This document shows, in pieces, positions 17,681-26,667 of a stretch of DNA of 64,000 nt (the first letter of the stretch is position 1; each line of letters starts with the position of its first letter). Below the pieces are notes generated by a model. That model was not told the origin of the DNA and searched no databases. It worked only from the letters and a program-made list of their open reading frames with translations. The position numbers and the translations under genes are program-made. The DNA is from a virus: IMG/VR virus record IMGVR_UViG_3300045999_008055. The stretch is one strand, 5' to 3'.

Positions 17681-20119
17681 ATGGCTCGCGCTAGTAAAAG
17701 ATCGTTTGTTAGTAGAATAGTTTCAAAAGTAACTGAAATTAAAAATATTCTTGCGGAAGTTGCTGCTTTAACAGCAGAAAAAACTAATTTACAATCAGAC
17801 CCAGTAACTAACGCTCAAGTCATAACAGAAAAAACGCAGAGAATAGAATTAAAAACAAAAAAAATAGAAAATAAAGTTAAAAGATCAGAAGAAAAAGTAA
17901 ATGTTATTGTTGTAAAAAAAATTGAAGAAAAAATTACAGCTTCTTTAATTGCGCCTTCAGATGAAGATTATGAACCAGTAAGTTCATTAGACAATAAACA
18001 AATTTCTTTTAATAATTCAATATATTATAATTTTGATGAGAATATAGATAGTATGTCTTACTTTTTTGGTCCTAATGTTGTTAATAGTTATTTTAATAAT
18101 AGATTTATAATTTTCAAAGGACAAAATGCTATAGATTATTTAAGAATCTCAAGTCAATTAGAAAATACCACAGATTCAAGAGGATATTATAAAACCTATA
18201 CTTCTAATGGAATTACAATTGGTGGAGAATATAGAAAAAATTATATTAAATATAAAAGAAATGATATTTGGATTTTATATGATAATCTTAATGATATAGT
18301 CTATTACAATAATTATACTGGTAATAATTTCCCAACAAAAAAATGGTATCGTCCAGATATTTTATATAAGACATCAATAGAATTAAAAGTAAAAACAATT
18401 GAAAACAGTGGCGGTTCTGGCGGTTCTGGCGATAGTGGAGGTTCTGGAAGCGTATCTAATAGCAGTTCTAGAAGTGGTTCTGGAAGTGGTTCTGGTAGCG
18501 GTTCTGGAAGTGGTACTTTAGCAGTAGGAATGGGATCACTAAATAATGCTATTGATGCAACAAGAAGAGTTGCTGTTTCTTATAATAATGATGCTGGCTT
18601 AGGATCATTATTAGAAATGATTTATGGCGATTATACAAGAAACGCAAGTAAACGAGCAATAGATATTGGTCATTTATTTGTTACCAGAAATAATGATGTA
18701 GTAGCAATTAACAGCAAACCAAGATCATTAGGCGGCGGAATCGGTTATGCTGGCGCTATATCTTTTTATAAAAATAACGACGGACTAGTTCCTGCCGCGG
18801 CGATATCTTATTCTCTTGAGCAAGCTTCTCTTTTTGCTAATATATCAGTTGCAAGCATTACAAATAATTATGGTGCAGGAGCAGGTTATGATATTTATCT
18901 TGTTAAAAATTCGCAACAGGTTTTGACTTCTCGTGGGCCTTCAATAGGTAGAAATTCATTAAAAATCTTAAATGATAATACATCTACACAAACTAATGCT
19001 TTTTTTGAAGTATTTAGTAATGGTAAGGTTTTTAGATCAAAGATAACTAATTCAGATGATTATGGATGGCACTATGGAAATTCTGATATTGATATCACAC
19101 ATGAGACAAGAAGGGTTTTGTATGCTGAAAATGTTCATAATGGTTTATTTTTCGCAGAAGGTCCAATAGCTTGTTATGTAGAAAATGTAAACGATTTACC
19201 AGTTATAAATGTTATAGATCCTTCTAGACTATCTTTAAAGAAAATTACAATGCCAGCAGACCTTCTTATATATATAACAATAAATAATATTAAAAAAATT
19301 ATTATTAAAAATTTAGATGGCGGGATATATGATATAGCCGTATCTATTGCACAAGAAGAAGGACAACCAAATCTATTTTATGGAAGGTTAGATTTAAATT
19401 CTAATGGCGAGCAACAAACAATAGCTTTTACTAGTTATAGTGTAACTGCTGCAAATGATATAACATATAATTTTTCTGCAAATAATATTTACGCAGTTAC
19501 AAAAAATTATCAAGTTTTCGCTGTTCGAGTAAATATTGGCCAACAACCAGTTGCATCAAATGTGAAATTGATTGCAAATAGTATAGGTATTAAATACATA
19601 CCAAGCGAAGACAGCTCTGGATCAGGCTCTGGATCAGGCTCTGGATCATATGGAATCTCTATTGGAGAAAGTTTATTAGATGAATTTTTATTAGGACCAT
19701 TATTTGGACCTCTAGATATTACAAATTCAATCAAAAGTGTTCAAACAGTGAATGAAAATATAATACTATACGTTAACCAAGGACATGGAGCACCAATCTT
19801 ACTAATTAATAAAACCTTAGAAAAATATATAATTGATCCACAATTTAATAGCATTCAATCTGCGGGAGAAAATGTTTATACCAAACAAATCGATTATAAT
19901 AGTTATAATTTACCAATAACTGGATGGCTTGATGCTCAAAATAATCCTGTAGAATTTTTACTAACAGCAACTCCAGTAGAAGAATGGATAGTTATGTTTG
20001 GCACAGCTAATGGTTGGTATAATAATGCTTATTGGATAACTAATATTAAAACAACATTAGATCAAAATGGTAATGGAAGTTGGAATGGAAATAATTATAG
20101 TAATGGATTAATTGTATAA
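17681..20119 (+). CDS. Large multidomain fibre/adhesin-like protein with Gly-Ser linkers
   Basis: 812 aa; coiled-coil N-terminus, two GS-repeat linkers and Asn-rich beta domains. Confidence 0.6.
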   Translation: MARASKRSFVSRIVSKVTEIKNILAEVAALTAEKTNLQSDPVTNAQVITEKTQRIELKTKKIENKVKRSEEKVNVIVVKKIEEKITASLIAPSDEDYEPVSSLDNKQISFNNSIYYNFDENIDSMSYFFGPNVVNSYFNNRFIIFKGQNAIDYLRISSQLENTTDSRGYYKTYTSNGITIGGEYRKNYIKYKRNDIWILYDNLNDIVYYNNYTGNNFPTKKWYRPDILYKTSIELKVKTIENSGGSGGSGDSGGSGSVSNSSSRSGSGSGSGSGSGSGTLAVGMGSLNNAIDATRRVAVSYNNDAGLGSLLEMIYGDYTRNASKRAIDIGHLFVTRNNDVVAINSKPRSLGGGIGYAGAISFYKNNDGLVPAAAISYSLEQASLFANISVASITNNYGAGAGYDIYLVKNSQQVLTSRGPSIGRNSLKILNDNTSTQTNAFFEVFSNGKVFRSKITNSDDYGWHYGNSDIDITHETRRVLYAENVHNGLFFAEGPIACYVENVNDLPVINVIDPSRLSLKKITMPADLLIYITINNIKKIIIKNLDGGIYDIAVSIAQEEGQPNLFYGRLDLNSNGEQQTIAFTSYSVTAANDITYNFSANNIYAVTKNYQVFAVRVNIGQQPVASNVKLIANSIGIKYIPSEDSSGSGSGSGSGSYGISIGESLLDEFLLGPLFGPLDITNSIKSVQTVNENIILYVNQGHGAPILLINKTLEKYIIDPQFNSIQSAGENVYTKQIDYNSYNLPITGWLDAQNNPVEFLLTATPVEEWIVMFGTANGWYNNAYWITNIKTTLDQNGNGSWNGNNYSNGLIV
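18407..18514 (+). repeat. Degenerate GGTTCT/GGAAGT repeats encoding a Gly-Ser linker
   Basis: Translates as SGGSGGSGDSGGSGS...SGSGSGSGSGSGSG. Confidence 0.85.
19614..19648 (+). repeat. 12-bp tandem repeat (GCTCTGGATCAG, about 3 copies) encoding a Gly-Ser linker
   Basis: gctctggatcag gctctggatcag gctctggatca. Confidence 0.85.
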
Positions 20120-20127
20120 CAATTAAA

Positions 20128-20907
20128 ATGAAACCCTACATGAGTTATTGGTCTGGTGGATATAGAAAAATCCCAGATCAATTTACAATAAATCTTCATA
20201 AACTATCTGCATATTATCTTAAAAAAAATTTTGGTGAAGTACATTTAATAACAGATAAAAATGGCGCAGTTTCATTAAAAGATATTCCATGGGACTCTGT
20301 TTCTTTAGATTTACAAAATTTAGATACAAATTATTCTTCAATTTGGTCTGTTAGTAAATTATTAGCATATAAAGTTATTTCGGAAAAAAAAGATCCATTT
20401 ATACACGTAGATTATGATTGCATTTTATGGGAAGGGATAGAAGAACGATTAAAAAAATCTCCTATATTTGCTCAAAATTCAGAAAAAGATTCTCATATAT
20501 GGTACAGAACAAATGAGATTAAATCTTTTTTAAAAGAAGACGATTTTTTCTCTAAAATCCCAAAAAATTTAGACGCAATTAATGTAGGAGTTTTTGGCGG
20601 AAATAATTTAAAAGCAATTAATGATTATGCAAATGGCGCTTTAGATTTTGTTTTTAATAAAAAATATAGTTTTTTTTGGAATAATTTTATCTTCGAAGAG
20701 TTTAATTCGCATAGAGCTTGCATAGCTGAACAATTGTATCTGTCTGCGTTTGCTTTTAATAATAATTTAAAAATAGAATTTATTTTTGATGGTTTTCCTT
20801 CCGAAGACATAGCCAGAGAAAAAAAATATACTCATTTAATGACTGGTAAAAATAAAGAAGAAAATCGCATACGCGTGGAAAAACTAGTAAAAAAATTAAA
20901 TTTATGA
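20128..20907 (+). CDS. Putative GT-A glycosyltransferase (DUF6734-like); paralog of 22307-23098
   Basis: WSVSKLLAY, PFIHVDYD (DxD), NVGVFGG and EQ motifs. Confidence 0.65.
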   Translation: MKPYMSYWSGGYRKIPDQFTINLHKLSAYYLKKNFGEVHLITDKNGAVSLKDIPWDSVSLDLQNLDTNYSSIWSVSKLLAYKVISEKKDPFIHVDYDCILWEGIEERLKKSPIFAQNSEKDSHIWYRTNEIKSFLKEDDFFSKIPKNLDAINVGVFGGNNLKAINDYANGALDFVFNKKYSFFWNNFIFEEFNSHRACIAEQLYLSAFAFNNNLKIEFIFDGFPSEDIAREKKYTHLMTGKNKEENRIRVEKLVKKLNL

Positions 20908-21464
20908 AAAAAATAAAAATATTTGGCCTTCCAAGATCTGGAACAAGTCTTACTCAAATACTAGTGCCTTTAAATTTTAAAATCTCTACATGCTTAAAGA
21001 AAGATTTCAATGACTACCTTGGATGGAAGCATGGAAAGCCTCATTCAATAGAAAATTATAATAAAATATCTGAAATAACAAAAGAAGAATTTTTATTTTT
21101 ATTTTGCGTAAGAGAAAAAGAAAATTGGAAAAAAGCATATTTAAATAAACATAAAGGATCTTTTGAGATGCCTTGGGAATGGTCAGATCAAAAAGATTGT
21201 TTTATATTTAATACTCCGCATGGGCCAGAAATTTATAAAAATATAGATGAATTTTATAATGATAGAGTAAATTCTTATAAAAGCTTTACAGATATAAATC
21301 CAGAGAAATCTTATATTGTCCGATATGAGGACTTATTCAATGATCAGATTGGCGTTCTAAAAATAATAAAAGATAAATTTAAATTAGAACTAGCGCAAGA
21401 AAATTTTATAAAAATAAATAAAAAAATAAATTGGCATGGAGAAATTGCAGGAGATCTTATATAA
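20904..21464 (+). CDS. Sulfotransferase-family protein
   Basis: PAPS-binding GLPRSGT, GWKHG and VRYEDL. Confidence 0.7.
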   Translation: MKKIKIFGLPRSGTSLTQILVPLNFKISTCLKKDFNDYLGWKHGKPHSIENYNKISEITKEEFLFLFCVREKENWKKAYLNKHKGSFEMPWEWSDQKDCFIFNTPHGPEIYKNIDEFYNDRVNSYKSFTDINPEKSYIVRYEDLFNDQIGVLKIIKDKFKLELAQENFIKINKKINWHGEIAGDLI

Positions 21465-22310
21465 ATGCAAAAATTATCAGTAGGAGCAATTTTTTATAAT
21501 GAAGCGCCATATTTGAAAGAATGGTTAGATCATTATATTAATCGTAATGTAGATCATTTTTATCTTATAAATGATAATAGTAATGATAACTTTGAAGAAA
21601 TAATAGAGCCATATATACAAAAAAAGTATATAACATTATTTAATATTTCTAACGAATTTAAGTATGAATACGGAAGACAAGAAAAAATTTATAATCATTT
21701 CTTTCTTGGCTTAAAAAAAGAAACAGATTGGTTGCTGATCTGTGACATTGACGAATATGTTTGGTCACCAAAAGATATAAATTTTAAAAATTTATTAAAT
21801 CTAATGGAAGAAGAAAATGTATTTTATTATTCAATTCCAATGATCCTTTTTGGTAGCAACGGACACAGAAAACAACCAGAAGGTATAGTAAAATCTTTTA
21901 CTAAAAGACAACTAATAGATGATAAATACATTAAGTTTAAAAATAAATATGCTCAAAATAAAATTCTTTCAAAGATAGAAAAAATTAAAAAATTTTACGT
22001 TCATTCTCATGAATCAGATTATAAACAATTTAATCCCTTTTTTGTAGATCCAAATGAATGCCTGTTTAGACTTAACCATTATCGTCTTCAATCCGAGGAG
22101 AAATGGAAAAAAAATCTGGAAAAAAGAGATGTAAATAATTATAAACCAAAATATCCTATGAATTTTTCTCCAAATCTTAAAATAAAAAAATATCAAAGCA
22201 TTCACGATAGAAATTACCGAAGTATGAATATTTTTTACGATGCAGATAGCGAGCAAAATTTAATAGAAGATTTAGGATTAGTAAATCAAAATATAAAATA
22301 TAATTTATGA
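21465..22310 (+). CDS. Glycosyltransferase (GT92/GT2-like)
   Basis: NEAPYLKEWLDHY, NDNSND, DIDEY and LNHYRLQS. Confidence 0.8.
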   Translation: MQKLSVGAIFYNEAPYLKEWLDHYINRNVDHFYLINDNSNDNFEEIIEPYIQKKYITLFNISNEFKYEYGRQEKIYNHFFLGLKKETDWLLICDIDEYVWSPKDINFKNLLNLMEEENVFYYSIPMILFGSNGHRKQPEGIVKSFTKRQLIDDKYIKFKNKYAQNKILSKIEKIKKFYVHSHESDYKQFNPFFVDPNECLFRLNHYRLQSEEKWKKNLEKRDVNNYKPKYPMNFSPNLKIKKYQSIHDRNYRSMNIFYDADSEQNLIEDLGLVNQNIKYNL

Positions 22311-23098
22311 AACCTTATTTATCTTTTTGGAACTATGGCTACTACGAAGATAATGACCCTTTAGTTTTTGATATGTATCATCTTTCAGCGTTTTTACTTA
22401 AGAATATTTATGGCGAAGTACATTTAATAACAGATTTAAAAGGAAAAGAAAAATTAAGCAAGATAAAATCATTTTCATCAATTGATACTTCACTAGAAAT
22501 ATTACCAAAAGATTTAAGAATAGTATGGTCTTTAGGAAAAATTTACTCATATAAATTAATAGCAGAAAAAGACGAGCCTTTTATTCATATAGATAATGAT
22601 GTTTTTTTATTTAAAGAACTACCAGACGATATTATATTAAATGATTTAATCGTTCAGCATTCAGAAGAAGATGCTTATGATTTTTATGAAGTTGAAGATT
22701 TTACAAAAAGAATACCTAATCCATTTTATCTAGAAAAACATAAGATTCATTACGGAGCAAATATGTCTATTTTTGGTGGATATAATATAGAATTTATTAA
22801 ATTTTACGCGGAGGAAGCTTTAAAATTAGCTGTAGATAAAGATAATCAAGAATTTCTTAAGAACTCTTTCTTTAATAAAAATTTCATACCTGCTTGTATA
22901 GTAGAACAATATTACATGAGTTTATTAGCAAATATACATGATGTAGAGGTAAAATATATGTTTAATGGCTGGGAAGATTTTGGAGACAAAGCTGAACGCC
23001 TTGGCTTTTGCCATCTCTGGGGAGCGAAAAACAAACAAAGAGAAGAGATTCACAATAAAATAAAGTATTTGAAATATCAATACAATTTAGGTTTTTAA
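22307..23098 (+). CDS. Putative GT-A glycosyltransferase (DUF6734-like); paralog of 20128-20907
   Basis: MKPYLSFW, WSLGKIYSY, PFIHIDND and ACIVEQY. Confidence 0.65.
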   Translation: MKPYLSFWNYGYYEDNDPLVFDMYHLSAFLLKNIYGEVHLITDLKGKEKLSKIKSFSSIDTSLEILPKDLRIVWSLGKIYSYKLIAEKDEPFIHIDNDVFLFKELPDDIILNDLIVQHSEEDAYDFYEVEDFTKRIPNPFYLEKHKIHYGANMSIFGGYNIEFIKFYAEEALKLAVDKDNQEFLKNSFFNKNFIPACIVEQYYMSLLANIHDVEVKYMFNGWEDFGDKAERLGFCHLWGAKNKQREEIHNKIKYLKYQYNLGF

Positions 23099-23170
23099 TA
23101 TTTAAATTAATTTAAAATATGAATGCATATGAATAACAAAAGTCAAATAATAGATTTTAAGGTGTAATAT

Positions 23171-24550
23171 ATGGCAAATATGGAAATAGACTTTACAGAG
23201 CAATTAAAAGCAGCCAAAAAAGGCAAAGCCCCACTTAACAAACCATTCCGCCTTCCCAAAGGAAGCAAAAAGAAGTTTGGCGTTTATGTAAAAAATGATA
23301 AGGGTAATATAGTAATGGTCAAATTTGGTGATCCAAATATGGAGATTCGACGCGATGATCCTGCAAGACGTAAAGCTTATAGGTCAAGACATGGATGTGA
23401 TACTTCCCGCAAGGGTCCAAAATGGAAAGCAAATTTTTGGTCATGTAAAATGTGGAGTGCAAAACCAGTTAGTAACATTACTGGAAGTGAAGAAGAGATT
23501 ACTTTAGAAGCAGAGATCCAAGCGAAAGGAAAGGGACTTTGGTATAATATTCAACAAAAGAAAAAAAGAATGGGCAAAAACTATCGTCCAGCACCAGAAG
23601 GCTCTAAAGATCGTCCAACTCAAGAAGCTCTTAAAAAAGCTCAAGCTAGTGATTATTTAAACGAAGAATACGAATGGGATGGCGAAACAGAATTTGATCA
23701 AATTATATTTCTAGAAGATAAAACATTGGCCCAAGTCGAGGAAGTAGAAGATGTTGAAGATGAATTCGAAGATTATAAAGAAGATTTTTATGGAATGATA
23801 GTTGGTTCAATTAATTCTATATACCAACATTCAAAAAATGTAATAGAAAAACTAAATGACCCAATGGTTAAAGAGAATCTTACCGAACCATTCTTACAAC
23901 AAATGGCAATTCTCGCAGAAGATTATATGGTTACAATTCATAATTTTGTAATGTTTAATAAAGAGAACGAGATGGAAACAGAGGCTCAAATGCACGGGCC
24001 AATTGGTGATTATGTCTCAAAAGATTCTGGATTCTCTGGACCAATTAATGAATATGAAAATGCGAATACAATTTTTAAAGTAGGTGACAAAGTTAAAAAT
24101 ATTAACGCACAATGCAAGCATTATGGTAGCGAAGGAATCGTAAAAGAAATTCGCGAACTTCCAGAAGATATGGGGTATGCAGTTATTTATGAAGCCACAA
24201 ATGATGGCGCTACTTGGAAAAAAGGCGACATGATAGGTAAAACAGAAATTCAATTAGAGAAGATTGAAGCAAAATGGAGTATGAAGTATAAAAGAAGCAT
24301 AGATTGTAATAATCCAAAAGGTTTCAGTCAAAAACAACATTGTAAAAGTAAAGCATCTGAAGATGAAATGGAAGACGAAGAAGAGGATAAAGAAGAATAT
24401 GACATGGAAGAAGATGAAGAATATAAAAATATGATGGTAACAGAAGGTCAAAAATTTAATGAGTTTCTAAAGCAATGTATTCCAACAAAGCAAGGTGACG
24501 ATAAAAGTAAGTTTAAATCTTGCCTTCAGGATTATAGAAATAAAAAATAA
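23171..24550 (+). CDS. Modular phage protein, probable internal head protein (start may be 23180)
   Basis: Concatenated small basic modules (LNKPFR...KFGDPNM...RHGC...FWSCKMW; GLWYNIQQKKKR; VGDKVKNINAQCKHYGSEG; KWSMKYKRSIDCNNPKGFSQKQHC) separated by acidic spacers. Confidence 0.6.
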   Translation: MANMEIDFTEQLKAAKKGKAPLNKPFRLPKGSKKKFGVYVKNDKGNIVMVKFGDPNMEIRRDDPARRKAYRSRHGCDTSRKGPKWKANFWSCKMWSAKPVSNITGSEEEITLEAEIQAKGKGLWYNIQQKKKRMGKNYRPAPEGSKDRPTQEALKKAQASDYLNEEYEWDGETEFDQIIFLEDKTLAQVEEVEDVEDEFEDYKEDFYGMIVGSINSIYQHSKNVIEKLNDPMVKENLTEPFLQQMAILAEDYMVTIHNFVMFNKENEMETEAQMHGPIGDYVSKDSGFSGPINEYENANTIFKVGDKVKNINAQCKHYGSEGIVKEIRELPEDMGYAVIYEATNDGATWKKGDMIGKTEIQLEKIEAKWSMKYKRSIDCNNPKGFSQKQHCKSKASEDEMEDEEEDKEEYDMEEDEEYKNMMVTEGQKFNEFLKQCIPTKQGDDKSKFKSCLQDYRNKK

Positions 24551-24588
24551 ATTGAACAATATCTCCTAGGTGTAATCTATAGGAGAAG

Positions 24589-25119
24589 GTGAATATTAAA
24601 AGATTCTTCGCTTGGTTTGGATGGAAAAGTAAACTAACATTAGTACTTTTAATAAATGGGGCGATAGCTTATTACTCTCTTAATATAGGATTTAACTTAG
24701 CAAAAAATCATAGCATATCAAAATTGCCTAATTCTTGTTTTGTTGATTCTGTGGTCTTTGCTTCTAACGCTAACTATCTATTATCTCAAGAAAATACATG
24801 GGCGCAGATTTTTGCTTTTCAATTTCATTATACAGATGAATTAAATAATGTTTCAGTTATTTTTGATAAGACTTTAATAGAGTATAAAGTATCTATACCT
24901 CAGCATAGAGGACATGCAATTTGCGTTTTTGAACATAAAGGTATGCTTTGGGTTTATGATAGTAATTATGGCACAATGCCAGTTGGTCTTGCTGGTAATA
25001 GAGCAGAGTATCAAATAAGAATCACCAAATGGATAGAAGAAAAATATAAAGCTATAGTTTTCAATAGCATATTAATAGATGATGATGCAGAAAGAACTAA
25101 AGCATGGATAAGAGAGTAA
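24589..25119 (+). CDS. Membrane-anchored putative cysteine peptidase / transglutaminase-like protein
   Basis: N-terminal TM segment; candidate triad NSC...GHA...YDS. Confidence 0.5.
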   Translation: MNIKRFFAWFGWKSKLTLVLLINGAIAYYSLNIGFNLAKNHSISKLPNSCFVDSVVFASNANYLLSQENTWAQIFAFQFHYTDELNNVSVIFDKTLIEYKVSIPQHRGHAICVFEHKGMLWVYDSNYGTMPVGLAGNRAEYQIRITKWIEEKYKAIVFNSILIDDDAERTKAWIRE

Positions 25120-25289
25120 ATAAATTAATAAGAGATGTCAAATTAATAGCGCCATCTTGTAATAATACTGAACAATTTATAGCTGAATTTTGGAAGTACC
25201 ATAAAAGACAAAATAAGAAAAGAAATATCTTCTGGTTTTCGGTTCTTGCTGTAATCTTCTTTGTATGTTGGATACTATCAAAAAATTAA
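25104..25289 (+). CDS. Small membrane protein
   Basis: C-terminal TM segment IFWFSVLAVIFFVCWIL. Confidence 0.6.
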   Translation: MDKRVNKLIRDVKLIAPSCNNTEQFIAEFWKYHKRQNKKRNIFWFSVLAVIFFVCWILSKN

Positions 25290-25540
25290 AGGATTGGTGG
25301 AAAGATCTTGAGCATTACGAGAAGTTCTTTTTTATTGTTTTTATTCCAGCTATTTTGTTTACAATTTACGGACTCAGCGATCTTTACCTTAATCATTTTG
25401 ATCTTCTTACTAAAGAGCACCATTTGGGATTTTTTCTTAGGATCTTTTTTCCGATCTCTTTAGCTCTTTATGTTACCGCTTTAGAGCGCAGAAAAAGAAG
25501 ACAATTAATAAAAGACATTAAAGATTATCTTGATAAATAA
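25265..25540 (+). CDS. Two-TM membrane protein
   Basis: Two hydrophobic helices and a basic C-terminus. Confidence 0.65.
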   Translation: MLDTIKKLKDWWKDLEHYEKFFFIVFIPAILFTIYGLSDLYLNHFDLLTKEHHLGFFLRIFFPISLALYVTALERRKRRQLIKDIKDYLDK

Positions 25541-25556
25541 GGTGTAAATATTCTAT

Positions 25557-26018
25557 ATGGCAACATGTAATCAAACTACTGTTATAGTAGCTGGAGCAGG
25601 ACTCGCCAGTGCGAATGGTACATATGTGTCTGCTGGTACTGAAACAGTAAATGGCGTGCTATTTACAAGATTTACCAAAGATGGAAATATGAATTCCCAG
25701 CCCTATATAGGCGTGGCAAACAACTATAATCCTCCGGGTATTGCTGCGGCTTGGGTAATAGTAGATAACATACCTTTTTTTGGTATACAACAAATATATC
25801 AAACAGATATTACAGCTACAAGTTCACTACCAGATTGCCCTATTGGATTAATTTTCTCTACGGTAAATGGCCCTTGGGGTGGTTCTACTTATTTACCTGC
25901 GCCAACTGTATCATCTGGAGGATCACCAACTCCTAGTATATCTCCACAGCAACGCAGGATTATTAATCTAAGAAAACAATTAAAACTTGGCGATAGAAAA
26001 AATATTACCTTAAAATAA
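25557..26018 (+). CDS. Probable virion protein
   Basis: VAGAG...NGTY; G/T/P-rich with a basic C-terminal tail; GTGTAA lies 15 nt upstream. Confidence 0.55.
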   Translation: MATCNQTTVIVAGAGLASANGTYVSAGTETVNGVLFTRFTKDGNMNSQPYIGVANNYNPPGIAAAWVIVDNIPFFGIQQIYQTDITATSSLPDCPIGLIFSTVNGPWGGSTYLPAPTVSSGGSPTPSISPQQRRIINLRKQLKLGDRKNITLK

Positions 26019-26021
26019 TTT

Positions 26022-26096
26022 CTATTTAATTCTCTCTTTTAAATAAAGAATATAAATTAAAACCGCACCACAGATTAACCAAGAAGCAATACTCAT
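26022..26096 (-). CDS. 24-aa membrane micropeptide
   Basis: MSIASWLICGAVLIYILYLKERIK; GTGTAA lies 15 nt upstream. Confidence 0.45.
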   Translation of the reverse strand: MSIASWLICGAVLIYILYLKERIK

Positions 26097-26110
26097 ATAA
26101 AAGTATTACA

Positions 26111-26141
26111 CTTAGCGCCAAGGATTGAACTTGACGCTAAG
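26111..26141 (-). other. 12-bp hairpin with a T-loop-like UUCAAUC loop at the 3' end of hsp20
   Basis: Minus strand CTTAGCGTCAAG-TTCAATC-CTTGGCGCTAAG, with one G-U pair that forms only on this strand. Confidence 0.65.
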
Positions 26142-26148
26142 ATTATTA

Positions 26149-26505
26149 TTAGTCTATTTTGATTTTATTTTGTAGTTTTTTATTTTCTTTGCCAAAGGTA
26201 ATTGAGAGCAAACCATCTTCATGTTTTGCCTTTACTTCGGAAAGATCTACTTTTCTTGGCAAGTAAAAAGACTTTTCATATTTTACTTTGCCCTCTTTTC
26301 TTGTAGCCCTAACTGTTAGATATTCTTGATTTGTAGTAACATCAATATTTTCTTTCTTAAATCCTGCAAGAGGAACTTCAAGAGAATACTGATCATTTTC
26401 TAAAGCAAAGTCAGAATATTCTTTATCATAATTAAATATAGAATCATTGAATATATTTTCAAATATATCTAATGGTCTATGTCCATTTCTTAGTGTTAAT
26501 AGCAT
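26149..26505 (-). CDS. Small heat shock protein (Hsp20/alpha-crystallin)
   Basis: LAGFKKENIDV, YEKSFYLP and AKHEDGLLSI; AGGAGG ribosome-binding site at 26520-26515. Confidence 0.92.
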   Translation of the reverse strand: MLLTLRNGHRPLDIFENIFNDSIFNYDKEYSDFALENDQYSLEVPLAGFKKENIDVTTNQEYLTVRATRKEGKVKYEKSFYLPRKVDLSEVKAKHEDGLLSITFGKENKKLQNKIKID

Positions 26506-26534
26506 AGTTTTATGCCTCCTTTGTACTATTTATA

Positions 26535-26550
26535 TGCAAGATCTATGCCA
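26535..26550 (-). promoter_or_regulatory. Sigma54 (-24/-12) promoter of hsp20
   Basis: TGGCATAGATCTTGCA matches TGGCAY-N5-TTGCW with exact GG-N10-GC spacing. Confidence 0.75.
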
Positions 26551-26667
26551 ACTTTCTACAGAGATAAAAATATTAAATAGAGACAAAATGACATAATATT
26601 ATCATTTATAGCATTGACAAGATGGCTCACTTCTACTTATAAATATTTTATGTGTATATTATTATAT

